Shown one piece after another: positions 10,098 through 20,670 of a stretch of 64,000 bases of DNA. The DNA comes from a virus (Duplodnaviria; Caudoviricetes). Every line of letters starts with the position of its first letter. Within the stretch, counting starts at the first letter, position 1. The notes beneath the pieces were generated by a model that searched no databases, was not told the origin of the DNA, and saw nothing but the letters and a program-made list of their open reading frames with translations. The translations under genes were made by a program, and so were the position numbers. Location of the stretch: positions 32,001 through 96,000 of the IMG/VR virus record IMGVR_UViG_3300031993_000004. One strand, 5' to 3'.

Positions 10098-11120
10098 ATG
10101 ATAATCATTCCCCAAGCCGCGATGTATCTTGATCTGACTGGTCTTACCCAGTATCAGATCATCGAACGAGCGGCACGGACTTGTTATAAGTCCGAAGACA
10201 AAATCACCGACGATTCTGCAGCAAAGATTGTTACGAGACTGGTGAAATCCGGTCATCTTGCGATGATCGAATTTGGCTATGTCTACATGAAGATTACCGG
10301 GATCGATTTCCTGGAATTCTTCCATGATAACAGACCACATTTCATTCACATGGCCGGCGAATATGCGGTCGGAAACTTCCGCGCATTCTATGACTGGTTT
10401 ACGATGATCCTGAATGGCAAATACAGTGCGGACCTCAGCTTCTATCTTGATGAAATGCTGGACCTCATCTGGGCTCTGAGTAAGAAGTATCCAGAGATCT
10501 ACAAAGATCTCTACGACAAACTTCATGCGAAGTTTGAACCGGACTACAAATTTCACGGCGTGATCAGTGATCCGGATGACATCACATATCCGTTCAGGTT
10601 CCTCAGTCGGGAAGACTTCATCAAAGATTTCAAGGAAGATAACAGCATGCCTTCTGCATGTCTGAGCCATCTGATTCCACATGTCATGATGTTCACTACA
10701 AACCGTGGTGTCACTCACGAGCTTGTCAGACATCGTGAGGAAGAAACCTATGCGATGGAGAGCACCCGATACTGCAAATATGACATCGAAAAGTTCGGTG
10801 GTGAGCTCACGATCATCGAACCGATGAAGGAGATCCGTGACAATCCGGAAGCTTATGAAAGATGGCTGAAGGATACCAGAGCTGATGAGGAATCATATAT
10901 GTGGTTTGTCAAGAATGGCATCTCTGCACAGGCCGCTCGTGGAAGACTTCCGCATGACATCAAGGCTGACATCTGGAACTGCTGTTTCGAGGAGCAGTGG
11001 CAGCATAAGACGGATCTTCGGTATCATGAGACTACTGGTCCCGCACATCCGCAGTTCAAAGAGCTGATGGCACTTGCTCTGCCGGATCTCAATAAATTCT
11101 CTGAAGGGAGAATCACGTAA
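10098..11120 (+). CDS. thyX: FAD-dependent thymidylate synthase
   Basis: IERAARTCYKS, SGHLAMIE, THELVRHR-x7-ESTRY, AARGRLP and AHPQ motifs. Confidence 0.93.
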   Translation: MIIIPQAAMYLDLTGLTQYQIIERAARTCYKSEDKITDDSAAKIVTRLVKSGHLAMIEFGYVYMKITGIDFLEFFHDNRPHFIHMAGEYAVGNFRAFYDWFTMILNGKYSADLSFYLDEMLDLIWALSKKYPEIYKDLYDKLHAKFEPDYKFHGVISDPDDITYPFRFLSREDFIKDFKEDNSMPSACLSHLIPHVMMFTTNRGVTHELVRHREEETYAMESTRYCKYDIEKFGGELTIIEPMKEIRDNPEAYERWLKDTRADEESYMWFVKNGISAQAARGRLPHDIKADIWNCCFEEQWQHKTDLRYHETTGPAHPQFKELMALALPDLNKFSEGRIT

Positions 11121-11680
11121 TGCCTATTCAGATCAAGCCGAGCGACTCTGCGGAAACTCCCGAGTACGGCAAGAAACTCGGTCAGGACATCCCGCCCCAA
11201 ACAGGCATCCGCTATTACGAAGGGGAACTGAGTGAATTTACTTCTGCGTCATTTGCCCCTCTGCCACGTCTTCCGAAAGGACGTACGTTTTGCTGTCATT
11301 GTTTGGCATTTTTAATCGATGTCCCGACAGAAATTTGCACCGTTCATGAAGTCTTTGAACAGTTGCCTGAATATATCCTATGCCATCTGTATAATGTGAT
11401 GGACAGAACTCCTCAACAAATTGAGTTCCAGATGAGAATGCTTGACCGGGATATCGACGATTTCGGAACAAAAGGAAAACTTCCCGGATGCAATGTTCCA
11501 GTGATCACAACTTCTCTCATCAATGAACTTGAAGGAGAAAAAGAACGGCTGAGCAATGATCTTGATTTCTGCAAATGGTGGCAAGGCGTTAAAGATACTC
11601 CACTCGGTGAAGCCGTCAAAACCGAACTCGTTAAACTCGTGAGACAGAAACGGGCTGGTGAAGAAACTATTTGGCTGTGA
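11120..11680 (+). CDS. hypothetical protein
   Basis: TAATG overlap with thyX. Confidence 0.65.
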   Translation: MPIQIKPSDSAETPEYGKKLGQDIPPQTGIRYYEGELSEFTSASFAPLPRLPKGRTFCCHCLAFLIDVPTEICTVHEVFEQLPEYILCHLYNVMDRTPQQIEFQMRMLDRDIDDFGTKGKLPGCNVPVITTSLINELEGEKERLSNDLDFCKWWQGVKDTPLGEAVKTELVKLVRQKRAGEETIWL

Positions 11681-11692
11681 GGTGAAAGATAA

Positions 11693-12037
11693 ATGATACA
11701 TGGAGGAACAGTCGTTCCGGAAGCACGACACCGTATGCATATTGATAGACATCATGAAAATGACTTATGGAAGATTGAGATTGCGGGTCATACTGCACTC
11801 ATATGTCCAACGGATTCCAATATCAAATATGTATATTATCGGGGATACTGGTTTCATCTCATCGTTGATGAATTCGTGTGTTTCCGGGATGACACGCAAG
11901 AAACATTGCGCAAACGTTTCGATGACACCATCGCCAGCGAGCTCCTGAAATATATCGAGGAGCATCATATCCACTTTGACGAGGAGGGATCTGATGGTAA
12001 CGTACACAGTACAAAAACAGACTCTGAAACTGATTGA
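11693..12037 (+). CDS. hypothetical protein
   Basis: ORF with RBS. Confidence 0.6.
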   Translation: MIHGGTVVPEARHRMHIDRHHENDLWKIEIAGHTALICPTDSNIKYVYYRGYWFHLIVDEFVCFRDDTQETLRKRFDDTIASELLKYIEEHHIHFDEEGSDGNVHSTKTDSETD

Positions 12038-12221
12038 CACATATACGACCCAAGAGCAAAAAGAAGTCTTGGGTCGGCCTATGGAGATCACTACTCGGGT
12101 CAAGAAATATATCGGTTCTGTAGATCGTCAGAATGAAGAACCGTTGACACCAAGTGACATGCAACGAATCGAACCCGCGATCGTTTTGGTGCCGGAAATC
12201 ATCAGTGTCAAATATTTGTGA
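11994..12221 (+). CDS. hypothetical protein
   Basis: GGAGGG RBS before ATG 11994. Confidence 0.55.
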   Translation: MVTYTVQKQTLKLIDTYTTQEQKEVLGRPMEITTRVKKYIGSVDRQNEEPLTPSDMQRIEPAIVLVPEIISVKYL

Positions 12222-12225
12222 TATT

Positions 12226-12265
12226 TAATGGGGTGGCGAAAGCCACCCCATTATACTTTATTTTT
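12226..12265 (+). terminator. GC-rich hairpin, probable terminator
   Basis: AATGGGGTGGC-GAAA-GCCACCCCATT followed by a T-rich tract. Confidence 0.7.
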
Positions 12266-12281
12266 GGAGGATGATATAGAA

Positions 12282-13037
12282 ATGAAGAATGTCAGATGTT
12301 ATCCATTCCAACAGTTCACGTATGAACCGTACACGCAAAGACAAAAGACTCCGACATATTACAATGATATCGTGACGCATTACACAGTGACTTATGGTAT
12401 CGAAGACAAATTCTTTCAAGATGATGTCATTGTTGGTGTTCAATTCGAGCCGAGTGATAATGAGCATGACATCATCAATTTCATGAACATTGTCATGGGA
12501 AATCCGCATGTACGTGCGATTGTAGTAGATGATACGGCTATCGACAAAAACATGAGGGACTATGCAGTTCGATCAAATATCGACTACAAATATCCGAAGT
12601 CAGACTTTGTGTATATGAAAGAAAACGCTTATCACAATAGAACATGCTATGTTCGGCCGCCCGAGTTATGCAAATTATATGATGATATGAAAGAGCGTAT
12701 CTGGAAGGCTTTCGAGAAACGTATATCATGGAACATCAGCGAACTTCTCGTCATCAAAGACGAATCTCATTTGTATTCACAGGAAGCATCGATTGATGTA
12801 AAGTTTTCTGATGAAAATCGTTCGTGTCATGTCTGTTTCAAAAATCCGGATAGATTATTCGATGAGCGTTGTATCAAAATCCAGATTAATGGACGAAGTT
12901 CTTTGGACATAAATGATACTGAAAATCGGGTAAATCCAAAACGTGGGATCGAATACAGTGACGATTCATGGTTGACAAAAGTTCAGCGATTCTTTATTGA
13001 TGATCTGAATAAGTTCATCCGGCATTATGTGGATTGA
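12282..13037 (+). CDS. hypothetical protein
   Basis: GGAGG RBS. Confidence 0.7.
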   Translation: MKNVRCYPFQQFTYEPYTQRQKTPTYYNDIVTHYTVTYGIEDKFFQDDVIVGVQFEPSDNEHDIINFMNIVMGNPHVRAIVVDDTAIDKNMRDYAVRSNIDYKYPKSDFVYMKENAYHNRTCYVRPPELCKLYDDMKERIWKAFEKRISWNISELLVIKDESHLYSQEASIDVKFSDENRSCHVCFKNPDRLFDERCIKIQINGRSSLDINDTENRVNPKRGIEYSDDSWLTKVQRFFIDDLNKFIRHYVD

Positions 13038-13056
13038 TATCAAGGAGGATATAAAA

Positions 13057-14730
13057 ATGCCTGCAGAGAAACACAATTTCAAATTTCGTCCTGAAGATTA
13101 CTTCAAAACCGGAAGACCCTATGAGATGACAATGGCGACCAACACGCACATCTTCAAAGAACTGACAGAAGGTCGCAGTTTTGTAAATGAATGTGGAGAT
13201 GACGCATGCGGACATTTCAGAACGACCGTAATTTGTGATGGTTTCACTGGAGACAACACAGAAGTGAGCTTCATTTATTACGACGAAGAAATGCATATGA
13301 CAAATCATTTTCTGTTGTCCGCTGATGTTTTGGCCAAGTCTATTGGCCTTCAGCCCAATGGCAAATTGATCGACAGCAATCGTGACGATTATGTCTGTCT
13401 TACAAGAATCCCCGCGGAATCATGGAAAGGCGGACCTACCGAAGATTGTTTTGGCAGTATTTCCGGTAATGTTCCATCATTCATGCTCGAGTACGTTATT
13501 CAGAAAAATGATGATGATATTACTGGAGATGAATATGAAATCGGAAAAGCCTACTATATTAAGGCCGGCAGGGTAATTCCTGGCTATTCTATCCAGGACA
13601 GATCTGTGATTTGTGGATGCGTTGGCATATTTATCGGATATGATGAAAATAAATTTGCCAGATTCTTTGTCGCATACGGCAATGATTTCGCTCAAGCCAT
13701 TGAAATGAAATTCGAATTCTCGAGAGACTACATCAGACAGTGGGAACTCAGCATTACTGAAATGCCGATGATTAATCATGTAGAAACCATCGAAAATCCA
13801 ACTGAGAATAATCATGAATATGTTATATGCAACAACGGAAACGTTGTAAATCTTCCTATAAAGAAATACACGTTCAGACATGATAAAGATGACGAACCAT
13901 ATTTCGTCCCGGGTATGCCGTATGTCTTGGCATGTATTCAGGATGGTGAATTCTATCAACGAATCAAAACACAAGCAATTGCGAGATGTGAGCTCGGCGA
14001 AACCGATGCTGTCGACAACATGCTTACAGAACTGCGCGAGTTTACGCAGAATCCGGATGGGTCATATGAGAGAGTCCCGGGTTGGTGCACACTGACAATT
14101 GCTACGTTTAAAGAATTCACCGATGACTATACTCGTGCATGGTTCTATGTCAGCATGTATGGAAAAATGTGCACATTTTATATTACCGCAGATGAAGTGA
14201 TGCGGAATATTGACGAAAATGCATGGACTTTTCATCATGACGATAAAAAGAAAATGGGTGAGTTGTTCTGGTTGATAAAACTGGATCGTCTGCCGGCTTT
14301 GTATAATATGACATTCATCAATACGCTTGGTTCATCCGGTATATATGATTCTATCGTATGCCCTTCACATGTCATCAAAACACACTGTGCGAAATTCGAT
14401 ACGAATTTGTTTAAGTTCGGTCATGCATATTGGATTCAGAGTGATTATTATAAAGAAATGCAGTGTGATGTAAAAGATACTATTGCATTGGCTGTTGGCT
14501 CTGGTGTCATTGCATTGTTTATCGGATATGATGAACACGACACATACGCACGATTCATATTTGTACTGAACGGAGCGGGAGAAGACAGCGAGGTTCCGGC
14601 GATGACATGTACCGCCAATTATACTCTGGAAAAACTCAAGAAAGACAAAATCAACATTACGCATATATCTCCGGATAATGCAAAACACTTGATTGATTTC
14701 TGCAAATCACGTATCGAAGAGGTGAAATAA
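13057..14730 (+). CDS. hypothetical protein with about four internal repeated domains
   Basis: Recurring YFKTGRPY, YEIGKAYY, YFVPGMPY, FKFGHAYW and FIGYDE..ARF motifs. Confidence 0.75.
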   Translation: MPAEKHNFKFRPEDYFKTGRPYEMTMATNTHIFKELTEGRSFVNECGDDACGHFRTTVICDGFTGDNTEVSFIYYDEEMHMTNHFLLSADVLAKSIGLQPNGKLIDSNRDDYVCLTRIPAESWKGGPTEDCFGSISGNVPSFMLEYVIQKNDDDITGDEYEIGKAYYIKAGRVIPGYSIQDRSVICGCVGIFIGYDENKFARFFVAYGNDFAQAIEMKFEFSRDYIRQWELSITEMPMINHVETIENPTENNHEYVICNNGNVVNLPIKKYTFRHDKDDEPYFVPGMPYVLACIQDGEFYQRIKTQAIARCELGETDAVDNMLTELREFTQNPDGSYERVPGWCTLTIATFKEFTDDYTRAWFYVSMYGKMCTFYITADEVMRNIDENAWTFHHDDKKKMGELFWLIKLDRLPALYNMTFINTLGSSGIYDSIVCPSHVIKTHCAKFDTNLFKFGHAYWIQSDYYKEMQCDVKDTIALAVGSGVIALFIGYDEHDTYARFIFVLNGAGEDSEVPAMTCTANYTLEKLKKDKINITHISPDNAKHLIDFCKSRIEEVK

Positions 14731-15357
14731 ATGAGCACATGGACATTTCCGGTTGATGAAAATGGAAAGCTTGACATGACGGCTGCGTCGCTGGAGGACC
14801 TTGAAGCTGCATTCCGGATAAGACGCAGAGCGGAAGGTGAGCTGACTAGGTTGGAAGATCCTGAAGGAGATATCGAGCAAATTGAGACTGACATTGGTCT
14901 CAACGAACGCGAGTGGGCAAACATAAAGTCATATTACGAAACTCGCATCAAACAAATGAACGATAAAATGCAGAATCCGCGTTGTAATTCCAACAAAAGT
15001 GTTCTTGCGATTGTACACCATATTGAAGTTCTAAACGCAAATCTTGAGGCGCACGAAAAAGAATATCGTGAAAAACAAGAAGCCTTGCAGAAAGAACTCA
15101 ATAAGCTTCAAGATACAAAGAAAGCATGCAAAGCCGTTTTACCGTTTGATTTGGCTCAGATCCGAGTGTACGCGGCAAACAAGTATCACTGTGATGTCTC
15201 AAAAGGTTATCCCCATCCAGGTGCATTTGCGGATCCCCTTTGTCATGATCATGTAAATCGATATGTGTCGGATTGTGCGAAGCTGCAATGGCATGAAGGG
15301 TGGGAAAACGGCACATCTGTGTACCCGGAGAATCCACCGGATGGGAGGATCGTATAA
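14731..15357 (+). CDS. coiled-coil hypothetical protein
   Basis: E/K/Q/L-rich heptads. Confidence 0.7.
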   Translation: MSTWTFPVDENGKLDMTAASLEDLEAAFRIRRRAEGELTRLEDPEGDIEQIETDIGLNEREWANIKSYYETRIKQMNDKMQNPRCNSNKSVLAIVHHIEVLNANLEAHEKEYREKQEALQKELNKLQDTKKACKAVLPFDLAQIRVYAANKYHCDVSKGYPHPGAFADPLCHDHVNRYVSDCAKLQWHEGWENGTSVYPENPPDGRIV

Positions 15358-15977
15358 TGGGATATTACAACGGACGTTATTATGACTACGACGATGAGAA
15401 ACGCATGTTGATCGGAGCATGCACAATCATTGCGATTATCATCGCTATCATTCTCTTCTTCTGTTTCCGTTCTCATGATTACGCAATCGATGTCAAGAGT
15501 GTCCAGTGGGTGTGGACAGTTAACATTGAGGAGCTGAAAGTTGTGCATAAAACCGGCGAATCATACGCTCCATCCAATGCATACAATGTGAGACCATACA
15601 CAGATACTGTGACAAAGCATCATAAAGATTCAAATGGTCATGAATGGACGACTACCGAGCTGGTAACGAAATACGATTATGACATCAATAAATGGATCAA
15701 GACGCGTGAGGTAATGAATGCGGGAACTGACAAGAATCCCGCATTCAAAGAATTCACTCTGAAAGAATCAACACGGAGTGACAATCTCGGTGCAGAGCGA
15801 GAAGCAAATCGTGAGAAGCATTACTATGCGCACGGACCGCAACATCGGTCTGATAACACGACTTGGCATCACATCGAAATCTCTGCAGATATCTGGGGTT
15901 CTCTTCGGGTCGGTGACGAGTTGATGTACTCGAAACGAAATGTCGGGAAACCGTATGACATCCGTATTGCGCAGTGA
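15357..15977 (+). CDS. membrane-anchored protein
   Basis: N-terminal transmembrane helix IGACTIIAIIIAIILFFCF. Confidence 0.7.
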   Translation: MGYYNGRYYDYDDEKRMLIGACTIIAIIIAIILFFCFRSHDYAIDVKSVQWVWTVNIEELKVVHKTGESYAPSNAYNVRPYTDTVTKHHKDSNGHEWTTTELVTKYDYDINKWIKTREVMNAGTDKNPAFKEFTLKESTRSDNLGAEREANREKHYYAHGPQHRSDNTTWHHIEISADIWGSLRVGDELMYSKRNVGKPYDIRIAQ

Positions 15978-16106
15978 GGTAACAGCATGAACGATGACTA
16001 TTATAAGACAATAAAATTTTTCTGTTTTGCAATCATATGGTCAATCACATGGTTGATTATCGGGGTGCTGGTATGGGCGTTCGTCTAATAAGTGAGGAGG
16101 TATGGC

Positions 16107-16451
16107 ATGAGCGAAAAGTTTGGATGGCGGACATCGGTTACTGCGGAAGAGGTTCCTAGTCCTACGGAACGGGTTGGCATGATAATCAGTATAATCTGTA
16201 TTCTTGCAATATTGGGTTTGACTGGGTATATCTGGTATGCCGATAAATATGGAAATCATAAGTTGGCTCCGAAGGAAAGTGCACTCATTACAGAGATATC
16301 TACGTATGATTACATCGTCATTGACGGTATCGAATACGCAACGAAAGATATCTGTGAAATCGATTCCGATTGGCCGTATATGACAATGACACTGGATGAC
16401 AAGCAGACCGTTGTCAGGTTCAACGCACATGAGTTTACGTTGCACAATTGA
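16107..16451 (+). CDS. membrane protein, YDYIVIDG family
   Basis: TM helix plus a domain shared with 16463-16927 and 62723-62989. Confidence 0.7.
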   Translation: MSEKFGWRTSVTAEEVPSPTERVGMIISIICILAILGLTGYIWYADKYGNHKLAPKESALITEISTYDYIVIDGIEYATKDICEIDSDWPYMTMTLDDKQTVVRFNAHEFTLHN

Positions 16452-16462
16452 GGAGGTTGCAT

Positions 16463-16927
16463 ATGGTTTACAGATCACCTGACGATGATGGCTTTGATAT
16501 GTCGAAGCTTCAAGCAGAATCGGCCAAGAATCCTCCACTGAGCTGCCCTGCGGATATAGAGCTCCCACCACCAATTTTTGAACCATCGGGCGATCCTCCT
16601 GACACTGGTTTCGGGTGGGCAATTGTAATTATCCTATCACTGTTGCTGTTGTCTGGCGTACTGTTTTGGCCGAAAAATCATAAATCCGGACAAGGTGGTG
16701 AATCGAAGCTCACGACAGAAGAAGCGCTTCTCGTGGAGATTTGTGAATATGATTACATTGTGATCAATGGCGTCTCATATCCGACCAAAGACATTAGTGA
16801 GATTGACACAAAGGACTATCCAAATTTGACAATGAAGCTGAACGACTTTCAGTATGTTGTGAAGTTTGATGCTCACAATTTCATATTACGGAACGAGGGT
16901 GTTTCATATGAAGAAGTGGAGAATTGA
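16463..16927 (+). CDS. membrane protein, YDYIVIDG family
   Basis: Tandem paralog: EICEYDYIVINGVSYPTKDISEID. Confidence 0.7.
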   Translation: MVYRSPDDDGFDMSKLQAESAKNPPLSCPADIELPPPIFEPSGDPPDTGFGWAIVIILSLLLLSGVLFWPKNHKSGQGGESKLTTEEALLVEICEYDYIVINGVSYPTKDISEIDTKDYPNLTMKLNDFQYVVKFDAHNFILRNEGVSYEEVEN

Positions 16928-17050
16928 TCTCGGTGACATTCTGGAAGCAATTCTATGGATTGTCTTCTGGGCTCACATGACCGTGTGTTCTGCAATCATC
17001 ATCTATACGTTGTGGGTCACATGGTCGGATATGTTTAGGAGGAATCTCGG

Positions 17051-17587
17051 ATGAAAGTCTACATCAAAAACCTTTCCATTATTCAGGATATCATCCAACG
17101 CTGGTATTCTGTATATAAAGAACGATACATTCACAATTACGAGATGACGTCATTTATCAACCCCAATGATTCACCAATCTGGTTATTCAAAACACTGCAT
17201 CTCTATCCGCAGATTGTGTTGATCAGTCTCGATCATGATAGAGGATATGCGATCTGTATATTTGACATGGAACGATATAATGACAAGCTTGTGAAAAATA
17301 ATGACGGTTCCATTGATTATGCCGCGAGTCGGAAAGCGCTCCTCAAGGATTGGTCGATTCTGATTCTAAAGGACTCCATTATGTTCCGGTATAAAACAGA
17401 CGAGTATCCGTCGAAGCAATGGGATGAGTCATGGCAAGGTACCATGTTATCAATGTATCAGGATATCGTGCGTGCAAATGATATCTTCGCAAAGGAAGAA
17501 TATCTCGATCCAACTGTGAAAAAGGAGGATTCGGATGGAAGTACTGCAGAACAGGAAGATGAAGAACCCGTTTCTGATCAAGGGTAA
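17051..17587 (+). CDS. hypothetical protein
   Basis: AGGAGG RBS. Confidence 0.65.
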   Translation: MKVYIKNLSIIQDIIQRWYSVYKERYIHNYEMTSFINPNDSPIWLFKTLHLYPQIVLISLDHDRGYAICIFDMERYNDKLVKNNDGSIDYAASRKALLKDWSILILKDSIMFRYKTDEYPSKQWDESWQGTMLSMYQDIVRANDIFAKEEYLDPTVKKEDSDGSTAEQEDEEPVSDQG

Positions 17588-17807
17588 ACCATGTATCGTC
17601 GTACCAGCATCACCTCATGTAATCCGGATCTTTTACGATGAACATGTGTATGACGTATTATTTGATGACATCGAACTTCATAAATGGGTGACATCATCTG
17701 GGACAGAATGGAGACGACAGTACATCAAAGACATGTTGGAGACAAAATTGATTCCGACAGAATCCGTAATTCGAAATGCATCCATTGAGGATGGATATCT
17801 CGCATAA
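17535..17807 (+). CDS. hypothetical protein
   Basis: AAGGAGG RBS. Confidence 0.6.
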   Translation: MEVLQNRKMKNPFLIKGKPCIVVPASPHVIRIFYDEHVYDVLFDDIELHKWVTSSGTEWRRQYIKDMLETKLIPTESVIRNASIEDGYLA

Positions 17808-17819
17808 GGAGGAACTTGA

Positions 17820-18152
17820 ATGGACATTGACGTTGATGCCGTGACCAAAATCATGGCCGAATGTGTGGCCCAAGAACATGAGATCGATGATATGATCGCA
17901 TATCTCGATGCTGTTTCATTATTCATGCCGTCTGCTGCTGATGAGCTGACCAATGAACAGGTGGTCGCTCTCGAGGTGATTACCAAGTACCATCAAAAGC
18001 AGAAACGTCGACTCGTCGTTTCGAAAGAAAAGGTACACGAGCGGTTCACCCATGCACGGGCTGATTATATGGAGCTTATCAATCAGGCTAAAGCGAAGCA
18101 GAAAACCGAAGGAGGATCTGATGACAATTGTACGGACGATCACGGTCGGTGA
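17820..18152 (+). CDS. hypothetical protein
   Basis: AAGGAGG RBS. Confidence 0.65.
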   Translation: MDIDVDAVTKIMAECVAQEHEIDDMIAYLDAVSLFMPSAADELTNEQVVALEVITKYHQKQKRRLVVSKEKVHERFTHARADYMELINQAKAKQKTEGGSDDNCTDDHGR

Positions 18153-18528
18153 CTTCAAATTCAAAAAGGGTGAGGTTTACGCAATCCAGCTGTTTGTGCG
18201 GGAGCTTCTTGAGAAAGAAATGTGTAATCCATATCCACTGTTGAATGATGCTGCTAAGGAACTTCTGAAACCGAGTCCTGATGATACGCCTGTCGGTTCC
18301 GAAGATATCACGCGACAAATGGTCGCTCGGTCTTTGATGGACGGTGTTGTGTACGGTGTATTTGAACGGTATACTGCAAAAGGTTGTGAGTTCAGTATCA
18401 GATACAACAACTCTACAGTATTTCTGTTCATCCCGGATGATTGGTTTGTGCTGGATGAATTCCACCAGCATATGGGCATCGGTAAAGTTCTTAGTGTCAG
18501 ACCGATGATTCATCATGAAAAGGAGTGA
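18121..18528 (+). CDS. hypothetical protein
   Basis: GAAGGAGG RBS before ATG 18121. Confidence 0.65.
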   Translation: MTIVRTITVGDFKFKKGEVYAIQLFVRELLEKEMCNPYPLLNDAAKELLKPSPDDTPVGSEDITRQMVARSLMDGVVYGVFERYTAKGCEFSIRYNNSTVFLFIPDDWFVLDEFHQHMGIGKVLSVRPMIHHEKE

Positions 18529-18536
18529 ATGTAATC

Positions 18537-18908
18537 ATGACTAATGAAACGAAAATCCCGTATGGTGTAATCACTACACCGCAGTTTGACACGAGCGTGT
18601 TGATCCCGGGTTCAGTGCTTATTATTACACGTTGTAAAGAAGACAAGGCATGTCTCAAATTCTGGACCAGAGAGGGAATTTTGCGCGATACGTCAATGAT
18701 TGTTGAGATGAAGAAGGGGGATGAAATTGTCTGCATGATCGAGTCTGTAAGTGCACACTACTTACATGTATTTGGGCGTGTAAGTGAAGGAATCACCGGT
18801 ATCATGGAATTCAATATTGAAAGTATCGTTGATGATGGATGGCGTATCTCACCAACCAACATATATTCCATAGGAGATGGGACACAAGGTGTCGGAGATG
18901 ATGAATGA
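18537..18908 (+). CDS. hypothetical protein similar to the C-terminal domain of 19135-20556
   Basis: TTPQFDTSVLIPGSVL versus TTRPVFDAKAIPPGSVI. Confidence 0.65.
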   Translation: MTNETKIPYGVITTPQFDTSVLIPGSVLIITRCKEDKACLKFWTREGILRDTSMIVEMKKGDEIVCMIESVSAHYLHVFGRVSEGITGIMEFNIESIVDDGWRISPTNIYSIGDGTQGVGDDE

Positions 18909-19150
18909 AACACGAAAGTTTTGAAGAATTCATCAACCGTGTATCTGATGAACAACATCAGGACATTGATGATTATGATGGATTTATGACGCATTTACGG
19001 CGCTATTCAGCATGCAAAGAAATGCAAGAAATAAAGAAAGCTAAAAGACTTGCGATCATATCAATGATTCTTTGCGGAATTGTTGTCATCAGCGTAGTGA
19101 TCCGTGTTATGATGAGATTGAAAGGAGTGATAGCATGCCTGACGTTGTGA
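18905..19150 (+). CDS. small membrane protein
   Basis: C-terminal TM helix. Confidence 0.6.
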   Translation: MKHESFEEFINRVSDEQHQDIDDYDGFMTHLRRYSACKEMQEIKKAKRLAIISMILCGIVVISVVIRVMMRLKGVIACLTL

Positions 19151-20556
19151 AGAAAATCCGGTTGTCAGATGATGAGTTGGTGATTGCGATCATAAAAGCC
19201 ATTACGGAGTCATTTGCGAGACCGGAACTGCACCAACTGTACAACTCCCTTATGATTGCTGATTGTCCATTGGAGTATGATCCGACGTATGTATCGTATC
19301 ATGTTAATGTATCTGATAAGCGAAATGATCGGTTTGAAAACCCATGTTTTATTACGGTATATTATAAGGGTGCTGCGATATATACCGTATACTGGGGATA
19401 CGTTAATGAACGCTGTCGTCGTATCATGATAAGTGTTTATGGCATCGGCTTTGATGATAACAAAGAGACTGTTTTGCAGGAAGAAATAACGGCTTCAGAG
19501 TTCGTGATTTTTGAATACAGGTCGACAACGTTGTATGATCGGATTGCTATCAAACCAATTGTCAATCTGATTCGTAATGCGACGCTCGCAGTTCTGGCGC
19601 TCAATAACAATCAGATGCTTGTTGATTCCGCGCAGAAGGTCGTCAATGAATTCTCTGAGCCGATTGAAACTTCATCGAAGGCCGTCGAACCGGCGCCTGT
19701 TGTAATCAACAAAGTTTCGTCTCCTGACATACCGAAACGAGAACTCACTGCTGCAGCAATGTACGAGAGACTGAACCGAGGCTTGTCAAAATACTGCGAA
19801 AATGCGAATTCCAGAGCATCTATTACTGGAAACTTTGTCGCGATGGCACTTGGTATTCGGGACGGGTCTTATGCAGGTAAACTCGGATTGTCAACATATT
19901 ATAGCAGCAATGAGTTCGGGCTTACGATTGTTGACACTGGTGATATTCCGGGGCAAGGTACGAAAGTCTGTTCAGTCATTGTGCATGCTCTATCCAAAAA
20001 TACGGATATTGATCATGCTGACATCGCTGAAATGGTACTTCGGACATATACGCACGGCAACACGTCGGTCGCGAATGAACATCACATTTGCCGTATATTC
20101 AAAGACGGATCTATCAGATGGATAGGCGATAACGATTGCAGAGGAAACGCAAACATTTTCCTGTACTACTTCGCAATCGGGCTGTACAATCTGCTGGTTG
20201 GATATGACGCTGAATATACGTCTCCGGACCCGAAGAACATGATTGTTCCTACCGGCGTTACAACCCGTCCGGTGTTTGATGCAAAGGCGATTCCTCCAGG
20301 ATCCGTAATCTTGATGCATATTTTGAAGCATCATCCAGATTGGCCGATGGGTTTATGGGAAGTCGGACACAATTACAACTGCTACATTCGGAAATATCGT
20401 GATAATGATTGCATTACCGAAATTTCATGTGTTGATCATCGGTATGGCGACATCATTGAGCGAAGACTCACTGTTGCAGAAGTTACTGACGGTTATGTTG
20501 AGATCACGGTTGTTCGACCCGAACGTCCGGATCCGGACGAAACCGAACAATATTAA
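19135..20556 (+). CDS. hypothetical protein
   Basis: GAAAGGAG RBS before ATG 19135. Confidence 0.75.
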   Translation: MPDVVKKIRLSDDELVIAIIKAITESFARPELHQLYNSLMIADCPLEYDPTYVSYHVNVSDKRNDRFENPCFITVYYKGAAIYTVYWGYVNERCRRIMISVYGIGFDDNKETVLQEEITASEFVIFEYRSTTLYDRIAIKPIVNLIRNATLAVLALNNNQMLVDSAQKVVNEFSEPIETSSKAVEPAPVVINKVSSPDIPKRELTAAAMYERLNRGLSKYCENANSRASITGNFVAMALGIRDGSYAGKLGLSTYYSSNEFGLTIVDTGDIPGQGTKVCSVIVHALSKNTDIDHADIAEMVLRTYTHGNTSVANEHHICRIFKDGSIRWIGDNDCRGNANIFLYYFAIGLYNLLVGYDAEYTSPDPKNMIVPTGVTTRPVFDAKAIPPGSVILMHILKHHPDWPMGLWEVGHNYNCYIRKYRDNDCITEISCVDHRYGDIIERRLTVAEVTDGYVEITVVRPERPDPDETEQY

Positions 20557-20588
20557 ACCTCCAATTTCGTGAGGTCTATTCACAAACA

Positions 20589-20616
20589 ATAGGGCGGGGA
20601 AACCCGCCCTATATTT
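20589..20616 (+). terminator. hairpin, probable terminator
   Basis: ATAGGGCGGG-GAAA-CCCGCCCTAT. Confidence 0.65.
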
Positions 20617-20670
20617 CACAACCTTTAAAGAACATCTTCATACCATATTTCTTTGAAGGGAGAAAATAGC

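Noticed and set aside
20631-20642. AR9-type late promoter AACA-N6-TA upstream of uvsX, with loose variants near 34135 and 41255 on -
   Set aside because: The motif is too short and inconsistent to support by eye
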